Shown: positions 14,045 to 23,213 of the stretch, one piece after another
Position numbering within the stretch: position 1 is the first letter of the stretch
Layout: each line of letters begins with the position of its first letter
Assembly (NCBI RefSeq): GCF_003945235.1
Contig: NZ_RSDW01000001.1
Span: 3,660,001-3,692,000 of the forward strand
Direction of reading: 5' to 3'
Length of the DNA stretch: 32,000 nt
DNA from: Edaphobacter aggregans
GTDB lineage: Bacteria > Acidobacteriota > Terriglobia > Terriglobales > Acidobacteriaceae
The notes under the pieces: generated by a model
Told to the model about the DNA's origin: nothing
The model's database searches: none
Seen by the model: the letters and a program-made list of their open reading frames with translations, nothing else
Made by a program: the position numbers and the translations under genes

Positions 14045-15253
14045 ATGCGCGAGGCCTGGAAACTAGATCGAATTCGACGTGCAGCCTTTATCCCGCTTAC
14101 TATCGCTGCGCTCATCTCTCTTGTTGTGGGGATTCGTCACGCCATTGAGTACCAGTGCCATGATCTGCAATGGATGGGAGCTCGGCTGGTTGGGCAGTGC
14201 ATCGATCCGTGGCAGGAGGAACTCGCACACTTCCCGCACCACTTCCCCCATTTTGTTACGCCCAACTATCTTCACCTCTTCTATTTGATTCTGCTTCCCT
14301 TTGGCCTCCTTAGCTTTGAATTTGCTGAGATTCTCTGGACTGTGACCAGTGTTGGCTTGTCTGTCGTCTGCATACTGATGCTTCGGCGACTTTTCAACCT
14401 CGATCGCTTTCAGACCATGCTGGCTCTGTGCCTGCTCTGGATGAGTTCGCCCTTTCGCGTCGTGCTGGAAGTTGGCCAGACGTCCTTCTTCGAGCTTTTC
14501 TTCTTTACAGGCGCCTATCTGGCCACTTCGACGGTGCTCGGTGGCTTGTCGTTTGGCGTCAGTTTCGCTAAGTACAGCTACTCGCCAGTAGCTGCCATGC
14601 TCTTTCTTCTCCGTGGCCGGCTGCGCTTTCTTCTTTATGCCGCTGCGGTTCCTATCGTGGGGTTATTCGGAGTCTGGCTTCTTGTCAGAACCCCGCTTCT
14701 GAAGCTCGCGATTGAGCCGTTCGCTGTATCCGCTGGCCCGACTGCGGTCAGCCCAGGTTTCGCGGACCTGATGACCCTAGCTGAACAAACTCTCAAATCC
14801 CACATTGCCTTCATTCACGCACGACAGTTTGCCTATGCTCTTGGCTTGTTCGGTAGCGCTGCTTATGCGCTTCTGCTTAGCCGCTTTCGGCTCTCGCGCG
14901 CCGCAGAATTCACGCTCATCTCTATCGCCAGTCTCTTCTTTGTAAAGCACCTCGTCTACGACTACATCTTTTTGGCCGTCCTCTTGTGTTTTGCCTTGAC
15001 CCAAAAGAGCATGAAAATCAAGGGGCCGCTCGTCGGCGGTGTTTTGGTCTTCTGGTTTATTCTCCCTATCTTCGAGAAGAGGTCGCAGTATGATCTGAAC
15101 GTCCACCTCGGGCGACTCATCATTGATTGCGGACTGCTGGCGCTACTTCTCGCCTTCACAACCGGCTACATCATTCGTGCCACAGCCCAGCCTCCGAAGG
15201 CTAACGAGATTGAACCGGAAGTATCTGCACGAGCCCTGGAGGCAACGTCCTGA
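14045..15253 (+). CDS. polytopic inner-membrane protein, GT-C/DUF2029 (GT87)-like or EpsG/Wzy-like
   Basis: 402-codon ORF with about 10-12 hydrophobic helices. The segment TPNYLHLFYLILLPFGLLSFEFAEILW resembles the first-loop/TM2 region of DUF2029-type polyprenyl-phosphate-sugar-dependent glycosyltransferases. The family assignment is tentative. Confidence 0.7.
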   Translation: MREAWKLDRIRRAAFIPLTIAALISLVVGIRHAIEYQCHDLQWMGARLVGQCIDPWQEELAHFPHHFPHFVTPNYLHLFYLILLPFGLLSFEFAEILWTVTSVGLSVVCILMLRRLFNLDRFQTMLALCLLWMSSPFRVVLEVGQTSFFELFFFTGAYLATSTVLGGLSFGVSFAKYSYSPVAAMLFLLRGRLRFLLYAAAVPIVGLFGVWLLVRTPLLKLAIEPFAVSAGPTAVSPGFADLMTLAEQTLKSHIAFIHARQFAYALGLFGSAAYALLLSRFRLSRAAEFTLISIASLFFVKHLVYDYIFLAVLLCFALTQKSMKIKGPLVGGVLVFWFILPIFEKRSQYDLNVHLGRLIIDCGLLALLLAFTTGYIIRATAQPPKANEIEPEVSARALEATS

Positions 15254-15260
15254 TAATCGC

Positions 15261-15300
15261 GGGACGCGCGCTTTGCTGATTGACCCGCCCAAAGCGTCCC
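15261..15300. terminator. hairpin between convergent genes
   Basis: GGGACGC..TTTG (15261..15275, with a 4-nt bulge) pairs with CAAAGCGTCCC (15290..15300) around a 14-nt loop. It fills the 49-bp gap between the stops at 15253 (+) and 15303 (-). There is no clear U tract. Confidence 0.35.
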
Positions 15301-15302
15301 GA

Positions 15303-16469
15303 TTAACGGAGTAAGTTCCTGTAGGTGGTGCTGATTCGGTTCATCATAGCTTCCGTGGTGAAGCGTTCTGCTACGAGTGCCTTTCCAGCTAAGCCCATTG
15401 CCTTGGCCTGGGAGGGATCAGAAAGCAAATGAGCGATAGCTGCTGAAAGCGCTGCCGGATCTTCCAGTGGGACGAGAAAGCCATTGACGCCATCTTTTAC
15501 GGCTTCTGCATTTCCGCCGACGTTGGTTGCGATAACCGGCAGAGACGCCGCCATGGCTTCGACAATGGCGTTGGAGAAACCCTCGCTGCGAGAGGGGAGA
15601 GCGAAGATGTCAGCTGTGGACAAGTATTCGTGTATGTTCGTAATGCCGCCAACAAAATGGAAATGATTGGATAGGTTCAGATCCCGAACAAGGGCTTGCA
15701 GTTCCGCGAAATAGTCAGGCTCCAACACGTCCCCAGCGATGCTGAATGATACGTTGGGAAAGCGCTGCACAATGGATGCGGCAGCCTTGATGAAGATGTC
15801 GTGTCCTTTTATACGCCGGATGTTTCCTACTGTGGTGACGAGGGGTTCGCCGGAAGGTTTAGAAGGCCTGGAGGTAGTCTTCCAATCGGAGAGGTCAAGG
15901 CCGTTGTAGATCGTCTGGACGCGAGCGGAATCGATTCGATCCACTTCGATGCAGTGTTGGCGAACCTGTTCAGATACGGCAAAGACCGCGTCGGGAGCAC
16001 CGGACATGAGCCTATAGGCAATATCGTGTTTGCGGCCCCTGAGTATTCCCATGTCCCTGCGGCTCCAAATCAGCTTTGACTTTGACATCGTCTTTGTCAC
16101 AAATCCTGCCCAGAGATCGGAACTCTCAAAAAACGTCTGGACGATCTGGATTCGGTGCTGTTTGAGGAAGTGTCTGAAGTCTAAAGCAGCACGAAGAGCT
16201 GTGAGGTCATAGGTGCGCCGCAAGGGCAGCACATAGATAGGACACGGTGGCGATTTAAGACCGCCGCTTTCGGGATGGACGGAAAAGGTCAGGATCGATG
16301 CACGGTATCCATACTTTGGAAGAAGGGCCGCGAGTCTCAGTACGATTCGCTCTCCACCGCCAAGGGTTTTGGGAAATTGATCGACCACAAGAAGTACGTG
16401 GGGCAATTCAGCATGGTTCGCATCATTCAGGCTTGAATCTTCCGGCGGCAGGACTGTGATCATACTCAT
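15303..16469 (-). CDS. glycosyltransferase family 4 (GT-B)
   Basis: 388-codon ORF. It has SRSEGFSNAIVEAMAASLPVIATNVGGNAEAVKDGVNGFLV (the EX7E region) and an N-terminal GGGERIV donor-binding loop. Confidence 0.9.
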   Translation of the reverse strand: MSMITVLPPEDSSLNDANHAELPHVLLVVDQFPKTLGGGERIVLRLAALLPKYGYRASILTFSVHPESGGLKSPPCPIYVLPLRRTYDLTALRAALDFRHFLKQHRIQIVQTFFESSDLWAGFVTKTMSKSKLIWSRRDMGILRGRKHDIAYRLMSGAPDAVFAVSEQVRQHCIEVDRIDSARVQTIYNGLDLSDWKTTSRPSKPSGEPLVTTVGNIRRIKGHDIFIKAAASIVQRFPNVSFSIAGDVLEPDYFAELQALVRDLNLSNHFHFVGGITNIHEYLSTADIFALPSRSEGFSNAIVEAMAASLPVIATNVGGNAEAVKDGVNGFLVPLEDPAALSAAIAHLLSDPSQAKAMGLAGKALVAERFTTEAMMNRISTTYRNLLR

Positions 16470-16520
16470 TCAGGAAATTTTCCAACGAGCAATTTCTACG
16501 GAGGTGGAGTGCAAGACTAT

Positions 16521-17873
16521 CTATCGATAGACCAGGTATGGATTTACTGCGATTTCAGAATCAACCTGCGCTGACTCTGCTGTCGGTTCCGATGTAGGGA
16601 AGTGAGTCGCACGAACCGCAGCTGCAACGAGAATCCAGAGGATGCCAGTGATTTCAACATAGGTCCACCGGTCACCAAACAAATTAGCAACGACGCTGGC
16701 GCAAATCGCAAGGAACAGGCCAAGGCCAAGGCCTTGATAGAGTGGATCGGTCGCCTGTTTGAAGAGGCGGTAAGAAACTGCAAGCATTTGTTGAAGCAGG
16801 AATAGAGCCATCATCATGCCAATAATGCCGGTTTCCACCAGGACCTTGACGTACCAGTTGTGAGTGTCTTTCAGATCGCCAACATGCTCCTGGAATTGAA
16901 AGGTAGCGAAGCCATTTCCTACGATTGGACTACTGGCAAACGACTTCTGCGCGTCCTTCCAAAGGTCGACTCGTTCCTGGGCTGAGGCTTCGAGTTGTCC
17001 GCTGGAGTCCGAGGTCATGTTGACACGCTCACGCACGGCCGTAGGCACGACGGCTTGCCAGGTCAGCAGAAAGGCTCCGAGGAGGAGAAGGAGTTTTCGA
17101 TCCTTCAATAGGCCAAGGACGAAGATACTAAAGAGCACCGCGAGGTAACCGCCGCGAGAGAACGTGTACATCGCTGCAAGCAGCGTGATACCCACGAGTG
17201 CATAACCGATTAATTTGATCTTCTTTCGTTTGACAAATTGCACCAATCCCCAAAAAAACATACCAAACTGGGCCAAAAACGCCGCTGTCTGGTTTGAGCC
17301 ATAGGCTAGCGGGCCACCGTCGCGCTTATTCTCATCGAAGGTTGTCCATGTTCTTGACATGCTTTCGAACAAGCTGCTTCTGTCGATCAGAAACAGAGAA
17401 ATGGCGGTGAGAATAACAATCGTCCTGACAGCTTTGCGGTCTTCAATCACCAAGCTTGCTGCCACAAAGATCAGGGGGATGAGCATGTAGTCTTTCCACG
17501 TGGTGAAGTTGGCGTCGGAGAGCCAGAGGGGTGCCGGTGCATTTCCGAACGCGGTGCCGATCCACATGGATAGATAGAGATAGACGGCAAAGACAAACCA
17601 AACCAGGTAGAGCTTTGATTTAGGAAGGTGCTTGCCGCGGATGAGAGCTCCGATAATGATTGCAATGACAAGGATGGTCAGTACGTTGCCGCCCAGTGGA
17701 AAGTCTAGGAATCTGTCCCGCAAGGTGCGATACGGTAGGAACGGCATCATGTAATAGAGGCCGAGAAGAGGCCTTCCCCCCAACGAGACGAGGCACATGA
17801 TCCAGAAGCCTAAGTAGGCAACTATCGGAATGTAGTGGCCGAGGCCTGTTCCAAACAAGGTGTGACTCTCCAA
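16521..17873 (-). CDS. O-antigen ligase/polymerase family membrane protein (Wzy-like)
   Basis: 450-codon ORF with at least 10 TM helices. YTFSRGGYLAVLFSIFVLG and a large loop before the last helices are typical of the Wzy_C/O-antigen ligase domain. The ORF opens with TTG at 17873, so the exact start is uncertain. Confidence 0.8.
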   Translation of the reverse strand: MESHTLFGTGLGHYIPIVAYLGFWIMCLVSLGGRPLLGLYYMMPFLPYRTLRDRFLDFPLGGNVLTILVIAIIIGALIRGKHLPKSKLYLVWFVFAVYLYLSMWIGTAFGNAPAPLWLSDANFTTWKDYMLIPLIFVAASLVIEDRKAVRTIVILTAISLFLIDRSSLFESMSRTWTTFDENKRDGGPLAYGSNQTAAFLAQFGMFFWGLVQFVKRKKIKLIGYALVGITLLAAMYTFSRGGYLAVLFSIFVLGLLKDRKLLLLLGAFLLTWQAVVPTAVRERVNMTSDSSGQLEASAQERVDLWKDAQKSFASSPIVGNGFATFQFQEHVGDLKDTHNWYVKVLVETGIIGMMMALFLLQQMLAVSYRLFKQATDPLYQGLGLGLFLAICASVVANLFGDRWTYVEITGILWILVAAAVRATHFPTSEPTAESAQVDSEIAVNPYLVYR

Positions 17874-17915
17874 GACGCCTGCATATGACCGTGCAGGTTG
17901 ACAGATATTAGTTTA

Positions 17916-19025
17916 CTAAACCCATACTCTATTTCTCCCTGCGACGAAATTGTAGAACGCGAGTGCGGCCGCCGCGTTGAGCATGACAAAGGTATTGGCG
18001 ATTGCTACTGGTTTTAATCTCCTGGTGGATGGACTGAGCGATCCGAGGACGGCCAAAACGTAGAAGAGTATCTGAAGCCAGAAAATTGCTCGAAAAACCG
18101 GTCCGCTAATCATCGCTGCAGCAACAAGCATAAGGACTAAGAGGAGCGGGACCAGAAGTCGTAGAAGTTTATGGCTGATAAAGCGAAAGAGAAGTGGGTT
18201 TGCCGGCGAGAGTAGCCATGGTGACAGTCGCAGCAACTGGTAGTTTCCTGTCAGAGTGCGGACCTTGCGCGAGAACTCTTTTCCCTTTTCGCTGAAAAGT
18301 CGGTCGCGCGCTATCGCTGACGGCTGAAAGATTACCCGTTTGCCCTTACGAGCTACATTCATCGGGACAAAAACATCGTCGAGAATGGTTCCGTCCGGTA
18401 TCTCGGTGTAGAACTGACGGCGTATGGCGTAGATAGCTCCGGTTACTCCGACAACCGAACCGGATGCGGACTCGAGTTTGCGTACAGCCTTTTCGATCTT
18501 CCAGTAGATACCGAGAGCATCCGAGGATGGGGCTGTGGACATCGATTCGAGGAGCAATTCTCCGCTAACGGCACCTACGGTTGCATCGGAGAAGCAGGCA
18601 ACCAGTTCGGAAATCGCGTCTGGTTCGACAAACTGCCGGGTATCGAGGAAGACGAAAATCTCACCAGTGGCGTGCTTTACGGCCTCATTCAGGGCGCACG
18701 CCTTTCCATTTGACTTGTCGAGTATGACGGGGCGGATGACGGAAGCTTGCGCACGCAGAATGTCGGCGGTCCGGTCTGTCGATCCATCCGAGGCGATGAC
18801 GATCTGAAGCCGGTCCTTAGGGAAATTCAGCAGTTGAAGATTCTCGAGCTTGGCAGGCAGGTTCGCTTCTTCATTCCGAGCGGCGATGATAATAGACACG
18901 TTGGGCGAGATGGGCTTACGGAGGATGGGCCGATTGCGCAGGCGGGCAAGCAGCCAAAGCCAGATAGCATAGCCGAAATATGCATACGCCACCAGGGCGA
19001 CGCAGAGCCAGAAGAGCGGCTTCAT
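17916..19025 (-). CDS. membrane-embedded glycosyltransferase family 2
   Basis: 369-codon ORF with an N-terminal TM (LFWLCVALVAYAYFGYAIWLWLL). The GT2 core has VSIIIAARNEE...IASDGSTD...VFLDTRQ...ILDDVF, followed by about 3 C-terminal TM helices. Where processive synthases carry Q(Q/R)xRW, this protein has SRKVRTLTGNYQ, with no Trp. Confidence 0.85.
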   Translation of the reverse strand: MKPLFWLCVALVAYAYFGYAIWLWLLARLRNRPILRKPISPNVSIIIAARNEEANLPAKLENLQLLNFPKDRLQIVIASDGSTDRTADILRAQASVIRPVILDKSNGKACALNEAVKHATGEIFVFLDTRQFVEPDAISELVACFSDATVGAVSGELLLESMSTAPSSDALGIYWKIEKAVRKLESASGSVVGVTGAIYAIRRQFYTEIPDGTILDDVFVPMNVARKGKRVIFQPSAIARDRLFSEKGKEFSRKVRTLTGNYQLLRLSPWLLSPANPLLFRFISHKLLRLLVPLLLVLMLVAAAMISGPVFRAIFWLQILFYVLAVLGSLSPSTRRLKPVAIANTFVMLNAAAALAFYNFVAGRNRVWV

Positions 19026-19304
19026 CGTAAGCTCCAGTAAGGCGTTCTGTCATCTGAGAGAGACGCAATGCGCGAGGTGTATCGCAGTGTGTGGTCAGCC
19101 AAAGAAGCTGGCGGGCAAATGCTCCGTGGAGGGGATACAACGCGAGGGCTTTTAGGAGTCACAAATCCTCTCGATGTCTGCTGCCGCATACATGATCGCG
19201 GATCAGTCGAGAACGATGCTTTTACTGATGATACGTCATCTGCAGGATGGAAAGGAAAGTGCTTTTTATACAAAAGTGGTAGGGGAAGTGACGATATCGA
19301 GGTG

Positions 19305-19348
19305 CCATCACTTTCAGTATTCGGTCACGACGCTGCTACCATCACTTT
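19305..19348. repeat. 10-nt direct repeat CCATCACTTT x2 upstream of the flippase gene
   Basis: CCATCACTTT occurs at 19305..19314 and 19339..19348 (34-nt period), 90-130 nt upstream of the TTG at 19438, inside the 412-bp divergent intergenic region. Confidence 0.3.
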
Positions 19349-19437
19349 GCGCACGCAAACATCAATGGCGGTTCTGAAAACAGATGAAGTTGAGATGTTT
19401 TCGTACGGTTTGAAGTCGGCGCAAAGGAGTTTTTAGC

Positions 19438-20964
19438 TTGCAATTGCGTTTACGGCACATTGCGCGGAGTGTACTGTCCAACTGGCTTGCAACAGCTGCC
19501 ACTCTGGCAGTTGGATTCTTTCTGGCACCCTTCATCGTCCATCGGCTAGGAAATGTGGCCTATGGGGTCTGGGTACTGGCAATCTCCTCCGTGAATTATC
19601 TGTCTATCCTCGATCTGGGCATGGCCAGTTCCGTTGTCAGGTTCGTTTCCAAGGGACATGCTACTCAGGATCATCAAGGGGCCTCCGAGGCCTTGTCGGC
19701 AGTGCTTTGGGTTCGTCTACAAATCGGAGCATTTCTGCTTGTGCTAAGCGGCGGACTTGCGGCAGTGTTTCCGCTCGTCTTCAAAATCCCTGCGGCACTG
19801 GCCGTCGATGCTCGCGAAGCCATCCTGATCATTGGGGTAACGGCCACAATTTCCATGTCGTTCGGAGTTTTCAGCTCCACACTTTCCGCATTGAACCGTT
19901 ACGATCTGCGGAGCTATGTGTCACTGACCACGCTGACTCTACGCGTGGTCGGCGTTGTGAGCGTATTGCGTGCCGGCCACGGCATTGTTGCAGTTGCTCT
20001 CTGTGAACTTTTCGCAGCTGTGGTTGGTAATGGTTTGCTGATGTTTACTGCGAAAAGAGTATACCCCGAGCTGAGAATACGGCTGACCAAACCCAGATGG
20101 GAAGTTCTTCGCAAGATCTGGTCCTATAGCATCTACGCCTTCCTGCAAACGGTAGCGGTCCAATTGGTTTATCAGTCAGACAACCTGGTGGTTGGCGCGT
20201 TTATTTCGGCTTCCGCAGTAACCTTTTACTCGATCGGAAATTCTCTGTGCCGGTATACGGATCAGGTCGTCGCCGCGATGACCACAACATTTACTCCTGC
20301 TGCAAGTTCGTATGAAGCCCGAGGCGATACTTCAGGCTTGCGAGCCCTTTATTACAATGGAACCCGGGCCGCTATGGCATTTTCGCTGCCGATTGTTATC
20401 ACTTTGATTATTCGCGGTGGCAGCTTTATTGGGGTGTGGATGGGCCCTCAGTTTTCCAAAACATCGGGGACGGTGCTTGCCATTCTGGCGACGGCTCTCA
20501 TGTTTTCCTTATCGAACACCACCGGAATCTCGATCGCTTTTGGAGTCGAAAAACATCAAGTGCTTGCTAAGTGGGCACTCGGAGAGGCCATAGCGAACCT
20601 GACGCTCAGTATTATTCTGGCGCGCAAGTTTGGACTCTATGGCGTGGCAATCGGTACGCTGGTGCCAAGCCTGTTTGTCCATCTGATTCTGTGGCCACGC
20701 TATGTCTCCAGGCTCGTGGACGTTGGTTACGTCCAGGTTTTTCGAAATGTTTTGGGGCCGGTCTTTCTCTGTGCAGTGCCGTTTGCCGTCGCCTCGTACG
20801 CAGTCGATATACTCTTGCCGGCGCGCACTATGCTAGTGTTTGTTCTACAGACGATCGCGCTCCTCCCCCTTTTTGGGATTGCCATTGGCCTAATGTTTAG
20901 GAACAATGTTAAGCGTCAGATCCTTCCCATAGTCAGGTCCTTTTTATATGCTAATGCAAAGTAA
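19438..20964 (+). CDS. Wzx-type oligosaccharide flippase (MOP/polysaccharide biosynthesis protein family)
   Basis: 508-codon ORF with about 12-14 TM helices. The N-terminus ...FFLAPFIVHRLGNVAYGVWVLAISSVNYLSILDLGMASSVVRFVSK is typical of Wzx. The TTG start at 19438 is supported by AAGGAG at 19424..19429 (8-nt spacing). Confidence 0.85.
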   Translation: MQLRLRHIARSVLSNWLATAATLAVGFFLAPFIVHRLGNVAYGVWVLAISSVNYLSILDLGMASSVVRFVSKGHATQDHQGASEALSAVLWVRLQIGAFLLVLSGGLAAVFPLVFKIPAALAVDAREAILIIGVTATISMSFGVFSSTLSALNRYDLRSYVSLTTLTLRVVGVVSVLRAGHGIVAVALCELFAAVVGNGLLMFTAKRVYPELRIRLTKPRWEVLRKIWSYSIYAFLQTVAVQLVYQSDNLVVGAFISASAVTFYSIGNSLCRYTDQVVAAMTTTFTPAASSYEARGDTSGLRALYYNGTRAAMAFSLPIVITLIIRGGSFIGVWMGPQFSKTSGTVLAILATALMFSLSNTTGISIAFGVEKHQVLAKWALGEAIANLTLSIILARKFGLYGVAIGTLVPSLFVHLILWPRYVSRLVDVGYVQVFRNVLGPVFLCAVPFAVASYAVDILLPARTMLVFVLQTIALLPLFGIAIGLMFRNNVKRQILPIVRSFLYANAK

Positions 20965-21054
20965 ACGGCATCAATCGGTGATGCTATATCTGAGAGTCTC
21001 GGTTTTGTCGATTGAGATGGCGACTTCCCGCACACACAATTTTCCGTGGCATAA

Positions 21055-22203
21055 ATGAATCGCGAAGACAGAGCTGACCAGAAGCTTACAATTGCCCACT
21101 TTATGCCGTGGAGTGGTGTGGGTGGAGTTGAAATCGCTACTCTTCGCATGGTCGAGGCAACAAACGACCGATTCCGTCATGTTGTATTTTGTCTGGATGA
21201 CGCTTCGTCGTTGATGGACTCTTTCGAGAAGCTCGGGGTCGAAACGGTAACATATGCTCCCCCTGAGCCCAGTCTGCGACATGGAATCAGATTTTACAAA
21301 AAGTCGCGTGCCGTGGCGCGACAACTTCAAGCCGTCGGAGCGGATGTGGTTCACTTTTCCGAGACCAAGGCGGCCTATCATAATAGCCTTGCTGCCCTTC
21401 TGGTGCGATCTCGCATGATGTGCCATGTCAGGAACACCTACCCGGACGTTAGCCTGCGCGAGAAGCTCACGCTGTTGCCGGTTCATCGCTTCATCTTCGT
21501 ATCGTACGAAGCGAAGCGTCATTTTAGTGTCTCTATGCCTGCCGAGAAAACGCGCGTTATCTATGACGCGATAGAAATACCAGCCATGGATATGGCCGCG
21601 AGCAATGCAGCGGTCAGACGCGAACTGGGAATTCCGTCCGAATGCACAGTGGTTGGGATGGTTGCCAGAGTCAATCCGCAGAAGGATTATTTTACTTTGG
21701 CATCTGCTGCTGCCGAGGTTCTACGTAAGCACCCCGATACTCGGTTTTTAGTAGTGGGCGACAATTCCCTTGTTGATTTGAATCGACGCCACTATGAAGA
21801 AGTAGTCAACAAACTTAATGAATTAGGTATTGCGGATAAGTTTATCTTTACGGGCCATCGAAACGATGTGTCTCGGCTGATTGCCGCAATGGACATATCC
21901 GTACTCTCCACTCATCGAGAGGGTTTTGGGCTTTGCATTGCGGAGTCAATGGCGATGCAAAAACCCGTCGTAGCGACAGCTGTCGGCGGTCTGTTGGAAG
22001 TTGTCGAACATGACGTGACCGGGTATTTACATCAGCACGGTAACAGCAAAGAGCTTGCAGATGCGATCATCAAATTGATAGATGATCCCGAAAGGGCGAA
22101 TCAACTTGGCCTGGCGGGCTGCGAACACGTACGGCAGAATTATTCTGGCGAGAAATTTGTTGATGAGATTTCGAAGGCATATTCCGATGTGATGCGCCCG
22201 TGA
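21055..22203 (+). CDS. glycosyltransferase family 4 (GT-B)
   Basis: 382-codon ORF with HREGFGLCIAESMAMQKPVVATAVGGLLEVVEHDVTGYL (EX7E region) and N-terminal WSGVGGVE. Confidence 0.9.
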   Translation: MNREDRADQKLTIAHFMPWSGVGGVEIATLRMVEATNDRFRHVVFCLDDASSLMDSFEKLGVETVTYAPPEPSLRHGIRFYKKSRAVARQLQAVGADVVHFSETKAAYHNSLAALLVRSRMMCHVRNTYPDVSLREKLTLLPVHRFIFVSYEAKRHFSVSMPAEKTRVIYDAIEIPAMDMAASNAAVRRELGIPSECTVVGMVARVNPQKDYFTLASAAAEVLRKHPDTRFLVVGDNSLVDLNRRHYEEVVNKLNELGIADKFIFTGHRNDVSRLIAAMDISVLSTHREGFGLCIAESMAMQKPVVATAVGGLLEVVEHDVTGYLHQHGNSKELADAIIKLIDDPERANQLGLAGCEHVRQNYSGEKFVDEISKAYSDVMRP

Positions 22204-22244
22204 AAGACCACATCCGCGTCATAACCACTGAGGGAGTTTTTGGC

Positions 22245-23045
22245 ATGCAATCGAATACGATCCAGCGGCGCGAAGGCGGCCGGCGGACTCTCGGACATGG
22301 GCGAACTGAACCGCCACTAGTTTCGATCATTACCGTTGTCTTTCGTGCCAAGGACGACCTTGCCAGTATTCTGAACAGTATCTTCGAGCATAACCCGCGC
22401 GACTTTGAATTGATCGTGATTGATGGCAACTCCGGCGATGGAACTGTCGAGTTGTTGCAGGAATGGGATGAGAAGGTCGACTATTGGCTGAGCGAGCCGG
22501 ACATGGGTATCTATGACGCGATGAATAAGGCCCAGGCCGTAGCACAGGGCGACTTTCTCCTCCATTTGAATGCAGGAGATAAACTGTTGCAGTTGCCCAA
22601 GGAGGAGCTTGAACTCGCACGTCGTGAGAATATTGACGTTGCAACTTTTCGTGTGTCAGTCGATGGGACTCGCGAGTTTATTCCTTCCTGTGGTTCGATG
22701 CTCAAGTTGAAGAACACCCTTCATCATCAAGGGACGTTCTACCGTCGGCAGACGTTTCTTCCGTATGACCTGCGGTACAAGATTCTTGCTGATTATGACG
22801 TAAACCAGCGATTGGCATTGCGCGGTGCGAAGATGAAAGCGTTTGATAAGGTTGTTGCCTGGCACGCTTCGGGCGGGCTCTGTGACAACATCGATGGATA
22901 TAGCGAGCACGCCAGCATTCTCCGCAAAAATTACGGATGGCCTTACGTGGTAGCATCGCTGATGCTGAATGAGTGGAAGGGGATTAAGGCCAGGCGAAAG
23001 GCTGCGCTGAAACGCTGGCTGCAAAAAAGACGCGCTTCCAAATGA
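22245..23045 (+). CDS. glycosyltransferase family 2 (GT-A, WcaE/WcaA-like small GT2)
   Basis: The ORF is open from GTG at 22200 (GTGA overlap with the upstream stop). The ATG at 22245 has GAGGGAG at 22230..22236 (8-nt spacing). GT2 signatures are PLVSIITVVFRAKDDL...LIVIDGNSGDGT and SEPDMGIYDAMNKA. Confidence 0.85.
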   Translation: MQSNTIQRREGGRRTLGHGRTEPPLVSIITVVFRAKDDLASILNSIFEHNPRDFELIVIDGNSGDGTVELLQEWDEKVDYWLSEPDMGIYDAMNKAQAVAQGDFLLHLNAGDKLLQLPKEELELARRENIDVATFRVSVDGTREFIPSCGSMLKLKNTLHHQGTFYRRQTFLPYDLRYKILADYDVNQRLALRGAKMKAFDKVVAWHASGGLCDNIDGYSEHASILRKNYGWPYVVASLMLNEWKGIKARRKAALKRWLQKRRASK

Positions 23046-23213
23046 TGTCATTGGTTTGCCGCCGAGAATATCCGCCATATGAATCGATGGTGCATTTTAT
23101 TCAGCAGGCTGGTTTTCGTGAACGTGCACAGCAATTCTGGACGTAGCTGCTATCGAGCTTTAGCGCATGTAAACTACGGAGGACAGTAGTGTGGGCCTGG
23201 GAGTGCAACGCGG

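Noticed and set aside
20971-21522. A 183-codon ORF antisense to the 5' part of the GT4 gene at 21055..22203.
   Set aside because: It overlaps a gene with clear GT4 motifs, and no recognisable motif or RBS supports it.
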